Assembly: GCA_002269645.1 (NCBI GenBank)
Contig: NIVC01000890.1
Coordinates: 1-64,000 of the forward strand
Direction: 5' to 3'
Length of the DNA: 64,000 nucleotides
Source of the DNA: Macrostomum lignano
Taxonomy: Eukaryota
Shown: positions 37,801 to 49,800 of the stretch, piece by piece
Layout of the letters: each line of letters begins with the position of its first letter
Position numbering within the stretch: the stretch's first letter is position 1
Made by a program: the position numbers and the translations under genes
The notes under the pieces: generated by a model
Told to the model about the DNA's origin: nothing
The model's input: only the letters and a program-made list of their open reading frames with translations
Databases searched by the model: none

Positions 37801-40800
37801 GAGAGAGGGGGAGAAGAGTTAGGAAGCAGCCGACACTGACAGAAAAGAGCAACAGTTTAGCCTTGGGTTCAAAATAGTCTGAATCAGCGATGCAGTCCCG
37901 GTGCCGCAAGTCTCTGGAATCGCTGCGTGTCTTACCTGCTTGAAAGCGTCGGCAAATATGGCGGGACAGCGAGCGTCCCTGTCTTTGTACACCCTCCGGC
38001 CAGCGTACAGGCCACGAAGCTGCTTCTCCTTGCAGTTGGCCTTGGTGAGCTTCCGTAGCTCGACGCACTCAAGCATGCTGCGACCGAAATAGCGCAGATC
38101 ATCAACGTCCACTCCGCCAATGTCTATCAGCCTCTCGTAGAAGCCCGTGATTGATATTGTCGGGTTGGTGCGCAGATGGTAGCGGATCATGTCTACCCAG
38201 TCGAGGAAGGGCGTCATGTACTGGTAATACCGGCGCCTGTACAGCAGCATCTGCGGCGAAGGACGGGCGAGTGGAAAGAAAATTAAACTGATGGAAATAA
38301 TAAAGCGTTTCTAGAAAGTCTGTGAATATTAACAAATGCTTGAAGCAATGCAATGGATTGCCAATCTATCAATATTAACAAATGATTGAAGCAACACAAT
38401 GGATTGCTAATCTATCAATATTAACAAATGATTGAAGCAACACAATGGATTGCTAATCTATCAATATTAACAAATTATTGAAGCAATGCAATGGATTGCT
38501 AATCTATCAATATTAACAAATGATTGAAGCAACACAATGGATTGCTAATCTATCAATATTAACAAATTATTGGATCAATGCAATGGATTGCCAATCTATC
38601 AATATTAACAAATGATTGAAGCAATGCAATGGATTGCTAATCTATCAATATTAACAAATGATTGAAGCAACACAATGGATTGCCAATCTATCAATATTAA
38701 CAAATGATTCAAGCAACACAATGGATTGCTAATCTATCAATATTAACAAATGATTCAAGCAACACAATGGATTGCTAATCTATCAATATTAACAAATTAT
38801 TGAAGCAATGCAATGGATTGCTAATCTATCAATATTAACAAATGATTGAAGCAATGCAATGGATTGCTAATCTATCAATATTAACAAATGATTGAAGCAA
38901 CACAATGGATTGCTAATCTATCAATATTAACAAATTATTGGATCAATGCAATGGATTGCTAATCTATCAATATTAACAAATGATTGAAGCAACACAATGG
39001 ATTGCTAATCTATCAATATTAACAAATGATTGAAGCAACACAATGGATTGCTAATCTATCAATATTAACAAATGATTGAAGCAATGCAATGGATTGCTAA
39101 TCTATCAATATTAACAAATGATTCAAGCAACACAATGGATTGCTAATCTATCAATATTAACAAATTATTGAAGCAATGCAATGGATTGCCAATCTATCAA
39201 TATTAACAAATGATTGAAGCAATGCAATGGATTGCTAATCTATCAATATTAACAAATGATTGAAGCAATGCAATGGATTGCTAATCTATCAATATTAACA
39301 AATGATTGAAGCAATGCAATGGATTGCTAATCTATCAATATATTAACAAATGATTGAAGCAATGCAATCCCTAGGGACCCAAAATGGACAAATAATGCAT
39401 TTTCAGAATCTAATGACAAAATAGTGCATTCTTGGTGCATTATATGTACGTGCATTTTTAATGCATTTTTAGTAAAAGTTCTATCTACACTATTTAACAA
39501 AATAAGCATGAATTTAGTTCAAGATTGGCTTTATTGCGCATCTGTGTATTTATAAATTATACTTCCGTTGCTAACTTTGAAGAACAAATAATAAAACGTG
39601 GTGCGATAAAAATGCATTATTTTCTGTAACAATTATCAAATTACAAATGCATTTTTTATATCCAGCCGTAGCGAATTAGACCATCACAAATTGAAATTAA
39701 AATGGCGGTCTAATTGCGTGCTGGATTATTTTGTTGCTCGAAGCGAAATTCGTAATTAAATTTCTATTTCAGGTTCTTATCTAGCAAACAAACTTACATT
39801 CGTACGCAAAAATTGGGTCGCTTTTGTTATTTCTCTATAACATAGCTTGTTCAATCGATTTTGATTGTCGAAATAAAAGCTTTGTTTTCTTCACTATTTT
39901 ATGACATCCTCTCAACAATTTAATTGCATTAATCAATCTGGTGTGACAATTATTCCAATTTCTAATTATTCCAATTCAGTTAATATATTATTATTATAGG
40001 TTTGAATTTATTGACTTCAGACACTAAGAGTTGGTGGATCTTGAATGGATCTTGCGGCTGGTTCAAGTAGGCGCTCTTCGAATAGAGTAGTGAAACCAGT
40101 GCAACGATTGGCAAATTCTGCTGCGTCATTTTATGATTCGAAGTACCTACTATTCTTCATTCGAAAGACAAGAACTTATCATAACTTTTCCCGTGGCAGT
40201 CTTGCACTTAGCCATAATGAGCCTGATGTGAAATTCATTTTTGTAAGTAATTTTTTGCTTACTTACTAGGCCCAGGCCTAATCCTAGTAATTGTTACAAA
40301 TGCTATTGCATATTGTATACAAAATTCTGCAGGATTTGAAAAAATAAATAAATTGCTTGAGTGCATATGGCTTAAAATGAATGTAGTTTTGTGTGCCTAA
40401 CTATCAAATATCTATTAACTCCTACAAATATATTTATTAGGGCCTAAAGTTAAATGAAGCTAAATAGTTTTTTATATTGTTTTACTAGTAGGCTGGGCTT
40501 CTATAGCCATATGCCTAGTTTAGGCCATGTAGGGAGTAGGCCCTGATGCCCAACTATAGAACTAGTTAGGTATTTTTTAGTGAATTAGGCTTATTCTAAG
40601 ATTTCATCTTTTTATAGTTTTAGTAATACTAGGCCAAGGCTGTTTAATTTGCAAAAGACTACTTTTTAGTGCTTGAAATAGGCTGTTTAGTTGCTATCAA
40701 TGTTAGAGTATGATTAGCTAACTCATGCATAAAGAACTATGGTTGGTTTGGCTAGCTTTCCTTTCTTTTCTATATGTTCTCTATTCTAAGTATAGAGAGA

Positions 40801-43800
40801 ATATATTGGGCTGTTAGGAAAATTCTGTCCGTTTTGACTAAAATATGTTGGAGCGAGTTTTTATAGGAATGCAGCAGTGTTACTCAGTAAAATAATTGCC
40901 ATCGCAATCGATGACCCTCTGCCAACGAGAGGGCAGACTTTGGATGCCAGCTCTGTAGAAATCCTTGGGCTGTGATTCAAAAAAGTTAGTAATGCAGTCC
41001 TTGACCCCTTTGTCATCTTCAAACGTTTTCTCTTTCAGATGATGGTGCAGCGCTCGAAAAAGATGGTAGTCTGTAGGGGCCAGATCGGGGCTGTACGGTG
41101 GGTGGGGCAGCACTTCCCAGCCCAGATCCAGCAGCTTTTGTCGGGTCAAATTGGCGGTGTGCGGCCGAGCGTTGTCATGAAGGAAGCGAACATGCTGACG
41201 CCCTGGACGCTGTGTGTGGAGGCAGTCGGCCACATTCTGCAGCTGGTTACAGTAGAGCTCGGCGGTGATGCTGGTGTTGGGCGGCAGCAGCTCGAAGTAT
41301 ACAACTCCTTCACTGTCCTACCAACAGCAGAGCATCACCTTCTTAGGGTGCAGTGGGGCCTTTGGCTCTGGCTGTGGCGGTTTGCCGGCATCAACCCACT
41401 GGCGCTTGCGGTGTATATTAACGTACATCACCCACTTCTCATCGCCAGTGAGTATTGAGGCCAGCCAGTCTGTTGTTCTCTTGTAGGAGAGCAGTGAGGT
41501 GCAAATGTCTGCTCGGCTTTGACGGTCCCTGTCAGTCAGGTCATGGGGGGTCCACTGTCCGAGCTTGCTTTTCTTGCCCATGGCAGCCAGGTGTTCAGCG
41601 ACTTGCACATGGGAGCACCCAAGAGTGGCTGCCAGCTCTCGTGTAGTCTGGTGCGGATTGGCCTCCACAAGTGTCCGCAGCAGCTCAGTGTCTATCTCAG
41701 ATGGGCGTCCAGGGCGAGGTTCGTCAGCAAGGCTGTAGTCGCCGCTGCGAAAGCGATCAAACCAACGACGGGCTGTGCGGTCAGAGACAGCATCCTGGCC
41801 AAATGCACTGCACAGGCGTCGAGTCGATTCGGCTGCTGTAATACCTGCTAGAAAATCATATAGCATGCACTGCCTTAGAGCGATGCTGTTTAATTCAAAA
41901 TTTCTGGCCATAATTGGGCGCTGAAAAGCAAATGACTTGGTTAGAATGACCACAACTCTGGCTGTATATGCATACACAAGTATTGGATCCAACACAGCTT
42001 CATGATCCTCTGCATAGAAAAATAAAAAACGGACAGAACTTTCCTAACAACCCAATAGAATTTTGGCCATTTTTAAATGTCTTATTGTCTATTTTTTTAA
42101 TATATATTTTGTATAATGTATTCATTTTCAAACTTGACTGCCTTCATTGATTTTTATAACATTTTATATAGTGGTCTCAGTATGTTTATATATCTATTTA
42201 TCTATGAGCTATTTTATTCCTATGCTAAGCCTAAGGTGTTCAATTCATAGGAAGGTCTATTTGCTGATAAGGTAGGCCCTATATTCTATCCAATAGCAAG
42301 TTTACTATTTGAACTATTGTCCAGTGCTTTAGTTTTCTATTTTAATATTTCTTATACTTTTAGTTTTCCTAGTATTTTAATAGGCTATATTTGCCAACTC
42401 TATTAAGCTATCTAAAGTTTTATTTTAGTTAAGTTTGTCTATTTTTCCAATGGATTTATTCTCTTTAGCTTGTCTATCTTTCTAAAGGACTCTTTTGTTT
42501 AGTTTGTCTAACTTTCTAATAGGCTATATCTATTTTGTTAACTATTCTAAAAAGAATTTTCTATTTAGTTTGTTTATAATTCTTAATTAAAAAATTAATT
42601 TGGTCTAATATTAGCTCAAAATCTAATAATGAATCACATTTTTATTTTAGGGTGAGGACTACCCACTTGCTCTCAAGGATGGCATTTTCAATGGCATGTT
42701 CATTGCAGCTGAACCATGGTCAAAAATGATCTACCTTGAGAAGGAGCTTGATGCATTCATAACTGAAAACAAGGAGAACTCCGAGCTCTCTGATCATGTC
42801 CAGTCTCATATGAAAGTCTTCATGAGACAACAAGAAGACTCAAGTGATGAAGATGCAGGTGATATTGACGATTCGGATGATGATGAGACCTGGCAGCCTA
42901 CTCCGCCTCCTACTCAGGTTTCTTTTGTAAGCCCAAGTCCAGTTTCGACACCTACAGCTGCTCATTCTCGTGCTAGGAAGCAATCTCAAGGCAGTCTAGC
43001 AAACAAGCGGCCAAGGACAGCTGGTACTCATGTTGAAGACAGACACCAAAATTCTGAGGCATCATTGGCTTTAATTGCAAGTGAGGAACAGCGTGCCTTA
43101 CCACCGGAACTACTTCCTCAAGTTCTTCAGGCTCATGAATCAGCAAAGGCAGCAAGTGCAAACGATCCCACAAATTCCAAGCCTCTCACACTGGCTGAAT
43201 TTCAGGAAGGAATGGGTAAGGTTTAATTATTTCTTTCTTGTGCTTTTGTTTTTATGCTTTATTCTCATTATCTCAGTGTAATACAACTTTTTTACTCACA
43301 AATCCTGCATTTCGTGCTGCTTATGTAATCACTATCAGTATAGTACAAATGTGAAACACCAAATGTTTCAGACAGTTTGAAGCGGTTCATCGCTCACAAA
43401 CTGAGGAAGATTCGCACTTCATCATCCAGCTTGCATCAAATGGTATCAGCTGATTTCCTTAAGGAGGTAGGTTTCTCAGTTTCTGTGCAAATTAATTTAC
43501 TTTCTTTACTAACCATTTACTATAAAATTATTATATGCTTTACTTTGCCATTTTACTTTACTGTTTTTCTTATTTTTCGCTCTTCTTCATGTGGCTTGAC
43601 GTTTTCACATTTCACTGACATTTATCATGACATAATCCAAACAATCGGTCCTGAGTACCAATTTTCTTTGTACTTTTTCGTAGGAATTTGAAGGCCACGA
43701 TGGGCGAGTTTGCAATTTCTCAGATCTGCCTCGTACAACGACGTCGAAGTTCATCAGGGCATATGCTTCTGCGAGGTATGGCGTCGAGTATGTGCAATCG

Positions 43801-46800
43801 CATGTTTTCGGAGAGTACAAAGGCACGACACAAAGGCCAAAGGCTCCAGGAGAAGTGCAAGACCATCTTAAGAGTAAGCGATACAATTTCTTTGCAACTG
43901 AATGTTTTTTGGCAACTGACTTAGTATTGTGGGCATTAGATGGATGCAGGTCATTCTATATAGTCTTTTAAAGCTAAAAATTCAAACTGGCTCACTGTAG
44001 CCATTCCATTGTTGGAAAATGTTTGTGTGAATTTGCTGCTACTATAAAATCTTTCTTAAAAAAAACTAGGCATTCTGAACAAGGCCTTCAATATCCCGAG
44101 GGATCAAACGGTTTCTGCGTGGACAGCCGTCAAAGACTCTCTGAATCGACTTGGTCCAGAGTCAACCTTCCGCAAGCGAAAGGCCGGTGATTAGACTGAC
44201 GGCTAAACGTGTGTCGCAATATTTTAACTGAAGATGCAATCACCCAACTGCCATTCGACATGTAACAAACTATAACGTTTTTGAACTGAATCGATCCCTA
44301 TTTTACGTTATCTGCGCTAAAGTCAAACTCTTACTCTGTAGTGTTTTTTTAATATAAAATGAAGCGACTACCTTAATTATTTTTTTAGAATAATAACTGT
44401 TGCGTTTGAAAAGTGTTGGCACTCTTTGTATGGGTAGTTAGGATACCCTTAATGATTTCCGTAGTCGTTCAAAATGTATATATGTGGAAGAATCTAAACT
44501 CCTTCAACTTTAACGCCACCGAGCTAATTTATTCCACTTCATTTCATATTTATCGATAGATGATGGTGCACATTCTTATTTCGATGGCACGGGTACGTAA
44601 TTTTCTCCAAACTTTTCAGTCTATCCTAACACTCGTAGAACTGAAGTTGAAATTATGAGTTCGTCGTCGGAAAGTCTGTCCTCTGGGTCGTCGGAAAGTC
44701 TGTCCTCTGGGTCGTCGGAAAGTCTGTCCTCTGGGTCGTCATATGTCTCGATGTCGGTTGATTCAAGTACACATTCGATTGACACATCCATGGGTGAATA
44801 CAGCGATTCGAGCTCTTCCGCTGCAATTCAAGCAAACGTCGGCGAGCAACCGACTATTGCAATTCCTGCTGATGACGAGAATGAAGTGCAGGCAGCTGGT
44901 CCATCTGATATCGAGCACCCTGAAATATTTTCTGCGGATGAGGATAGTAACCTTCTTTCTGTCTTTTGTATCCAAGGTATCTCTATGGAGGTCAAATGTG
45001 CCCTTCTAATGTTGTGGATGATCTTGTCGAACGTTTCCAAGAAAGCTGTTAAAAACATGCTTCGCCTCATTTCCATTCTGTCTCCTCGCGCTGCTTTACC
45101 TACATCTTACAAAGCAATGGAAGCGGTTCTGCTTCGTTCATTCATTTTAAAACCGGACTTCGTTGTGAAAGTTTGTTTAGCGTGTCTACTTATAAACTGT
45201 AGTGAACATCCAGTCGACTCTTTCGAGGGACTATGGCTCTTAAATGTAAACCATCAGGTGGAGCTTACAGTTGAAAGGCATTTAAATGATATTTTATCTT
45301 ACCAGCGTGAGCTAAGGCGAGGATTTCAAACTGACATTCTGAACTCTGCTGTTAGCAATGAACTAGAAACCGGCTCATCTCCTGACATTTTTCACTTGTA
45401 TTTTCTTCTTTCGGCTGACGGAGCAAACTTCTTTAAAGTTTCTGAAATGTCTGTGTGGCCTTTCTGTGCACTGTGCCTCAATTTGCCTGTTAGATTACGC
45501 CAGAAGTTTGTCAACATTATCACAATCGCTTTGTTTACCAATCGAGGAAAGCCGAATTTTGAAAAGTTTTTGCCTACTATTTTAAATCGCTTGCCTTCGT
45601 GTGTAAAAGTAAGGAATGTGACGTTTTTTCTTCACTTCTCGTTTTTTACCTGCGATTTGCCCGCTTTATCTCACCTTTTTGGAATCAAGCAATTCAACGG
45701 ACAATTTGCTTGTCCCAGATGCATCCTACCTGGCAAGTCTCTAAAGGTGTCAGAAAAAGGCCAAGTTCGTGTCTTCCCCGCTGTCCATGGAATTCCGCTT
45801 CGAACTAATGCCATGCATGCGCAGCATCTCACAGTTCTCAAGGCTCAAGGGCTTAAGGATTATTTTGGAATCAAACGCGAAACTGCTCTTCTCAAAATCA
45901 TTCGTTTTCCAGAAAATTTCATTGTTGATTCTATGCATTGTCTCTGGGAAGGTCAAGTAAAACACATTCTAGCCTTCTTGACTGATTCTAAGACTAAAAG
46001 CTGCAATCCCAATCATTACCGTGTGCTAGGCTCAGCATCTGTCAATGTAATCGACTCTCAGATTATGCAACTGAAACTTCCCCAAGGTATTAGCAATGTT
46101 CCTCCAATTAGTCAGCTCTCACTTTGGAAAGCGAAAACATACAAGATTTTTGCTCTGTATCTGTTTCCATCAATTCTGCTTCCACGAATCGAAAATCCCG
46201 AACTTAGGGGCCTGCTCCTTCTTCTTAATTCTATTTATAACTTGCTGTACTCGCAAAATTCTTGTGTTTCAACTTTAAAACGTCTGTGCAATATGTTTCT
46301 TAACCTGTGTCCTGAGTTTTTTGGCGAACGTGTTATGCTTCTTAATTTTCATCTTCTCTATCATCTACCCGACCAGTATGAACGATTTGGTCCTCTGTAT
46401 TGTGCATCAATGTTTCCCTTTGAGTCAGCTATGCATGGCTTTAATATGCTTCATTTTGGCAGTCGATTTCATGGAAAGCAAATTTCCGAAAAGTTTTTCT
46501 GGCTAAAAGTGCTATTGTATTCACTGCAACCTGCTGCAGGCTCCAATCCCTCAATTTCTGATGCACTCCTTGTCATCGCTAAGCACTACTGCAATCCTCC
46601 TGAGCGCGAAAATCGAACTCTAGGCGCTTCTGGGGGTAAAATTTTAACAACCACTTCTGCGGATTGCACTTTAAAAACATGTAGTTCGTATGTCCTGGAT
46701 GTATCAAATTCATATTTTGCTATTAATCATTTTGCCGATAGCAAAATCTTTGGCTCTTTTCTGACTCCACAATGTCGTTTAATCGACTTACTGTTCAATG

Positions 46801-49800
46801 CTGTTCCGGATTTTACCAATATTGGTGCTAGTGCATCTGAACAAGCAATCTTTCTTGCTTTTTTTACATCTGATGTTCCACTCCGAAATATGCTTATCTT
46901 TACGAGTCAGGAACCCACTCGGGAAAATTACAATTGCATACGTCTCACTGATGTGGCTGCGAGGTGCATTCGAGTCGATGTCAACTTTCCGAACTTGCCA
47001 TCAGGCAGTTTTTGTCTGGTACCCCTGTTGGAAGAGTGTGAGCACGATTAGCTCAGATAACTTCAAACGCGCGTCAGTTTTTCAGGGTCATTGTCTTGTC
47101 TCGTTTTCTATTCTGTAAGTAGTCCTGGTTGTCAATGTAATCATTGCATGAAATTTTTTCTGGTACGTATTCCTGATTTATCTGCTGGGTAGCTATTGTT
47201 GTGTAGCTTTTGTCGATGTTAGCCAGCCGATGTGTGTGTGCTAGGCTTATTCTAAAAGCTCTATTGCTAGGACACAGGAAGAAAATATGACTGGGGAATT
47301 AGACGGGACCAAGAAAGAGACACTAACTGGCAAACTTTCGGCTAGCAAACGCCGGCTGGCTAACATCGTAGACCCAGTACCATCTAGTACTTGTACTTAA
47401 GCAAGCTTTGTTTCTTGTTAGTTTTTCTAAACTAAAAAGCCCTTTTTCACAAAACATGCGCGCCTAATGCTCAGCTATATTTATCCTACATGTTATGTTT
47501 TACGTTTTCTCTCATATGCCGTGCGCTTTGTTTAGATACACCTAATTCTTTGTCACATTTTTGCAGTTTTTTATGTTTAATTGCTTTTACGTAAAACTCC
47601 GGGGACACAAATTTTTTTTTTACATTTGGCTTCTTTGTTTGGTAATAAATATTACATTTTCGGCTCACTCACTTAGTTGAGACCTGTCTTATACATAAAA
47701 CTAACCAATTGTGTTATTTTGAGTGTGTCTTATTGTGTGTACATCGCCCATGGTTTGGTAAGACAAACCAGAATAGAACTAAGTACGGTTTTAATGAGCC
47801 GATTTAAACGAAGGTACGAAGTGCAATGTATTCATATATATACGAGTATATATGGCTCGCAAGATGACTAAAAATGCATTATTTCTAATTAATTGCAACC
47901 ACATTATAAATGCATTTTATATATATAGAATTTGCATTATAATGGCAATTATAATGCCATTAAGTGGCAATTATAATGCCATTAAGTGGCATTCAATGTC
48001 ATTATAATGGCCAGTAAAAATGCATTATTTACCCATTATGGGTCCCTAGGGATGGATTGCTAATCTATCAATATTAACAAATGATTGAAGCAATGCAATG
48101 GATTGCTAATCTATCAATATTAACAAATGATTGAAGCAATGCAATGGATTGCTAATCTATCAATATTAACAAATGATTGAAGCAATGCAATGGATTGCTA
48201 ATCTATCAATATTAACAAATGATTGAATCAATGCAATGGATTGCCAATCTATCAATATTAACAAATGATTGAAGCAATGCAATGGATTGCTAATCTATCA
48301 ATATTAACAAATGATTGAAGCAATGCAATGGATTGCTAATCTATCAATATTAACAAATGATTGAAGCAATGCAATGGATTGCCAATCTATCAATATTAAC
48401 AAATGATTGAAGCAATGCAATGGATTGCTAATCTATCAATATTAACAAATGATTGAAGCAACACAATGGATTGCCAATCTATCAATATATTAACTAATGA
48501 TTGAAGCAATGCAATGGATTGCTAATCTATCAATATTAACAAATGATTCAAGCAATACAATGGATTGCTAATCTATCAATATTAACAAATGATTGAAGCA
48601 AGCAATGGATTGCTAATCTATCAATATTAACAAATGATTGAAGCAATGCAATGGATTGCTAATCTATCAATATTAACAAATTATTGGATCAATGCAATGG
48701 ATTGCCAATCTATCAATATTAACAAATGATTGAAGCAATGCAATGGATTGCTAATCTATCAATAATAACAAATGATTGAAGCAACACAATGGATTGCTAA
48801 TCTATCAATATTAACAAATTATTGAAGCAATGCAATGGATTGCTAATCTATCAATATTAACAAATGATTGAAGCAATGCAATGGATTGCTAATCTATCAA
48901 TATTAACAAATGATTGAAGCAATGCAATGGATTGCTAATCTATCAATATTAACAAATGATTGAATCAATGCAATGGATTGCTAATCTATCAATATTAACA
49001 AATGATTGAAGCAATGCAATGGATTGCTAATCTATCAATATTAACAAATGATTGGATCAATGCAATGGATTGCCAATCTATCAATATTAACAAATGATTG
49101 AAGCAATGCAATGGATTGCTAATCTATCAATATTAACAAATGCTTGAAGCAACACAATGGATTGCCAATCTATCAATATTAACAAATGATTGAAGCAATG
49201 CAATGGATTGCTAATCTATCAATATTAACAAATGATTGAAGCAATGCAATGGATTGCTAATCTATCAATATTAACAAATGCTTGAAGCAACACAATGGAT
49301 TGCCAATCTATCAATATTAACAAATGATTGAAGCAACACAATGGATTGCTAAACTATCAATATTAACAAATGATTGAAGCAATGCAATGGATTGCTAATC
49401 TATCAATATTAACAAATGATTGGATCAATGCAATGGATTGCTAATCTATCAATATTAACAAATGATTGAAGCAACACAACGGATTGCTAATCTATCAGTA
49501 TTAACAAATGATTGAAGCAACACAATGGATTGCTAATCTATCAATATTAACATTCAAGCAACACAATGGATTGCCAATCTATCAATATTAACAAATGATT
49601 GGATCAATGCAATGGATTGCCAATCTATCAATATTAACAAATGATTGAAGCAACACAATGGATTGCTAATCTATCAATATTAACAAATGATTCAAGCAAC
49701 ACAATGGATTGCTAATCTATCAATATTAACATTCAAGCAACACAATGGATTGCCAATCTATCAATATTAACAAATGATTGGATCAATGCAATGGATTGCC

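Larger units (their letters stand above)
39369..48051 (+). mobile_element. EnSpm/CACTA (CMC superfamily)-type DNA transposon, apparently full length
   Basis: 35-bp TIRs (CCCTAGGGACCCAAAATGGACAAATAATGCATTTT at left; 3 mismatches to the right end), a 2-bp AT target duplication (39367-68 / 48052-53) that restores the satellite unit, subterminal AATGCATT-type repeats, and an internal transposase. Confidence 0.92.
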
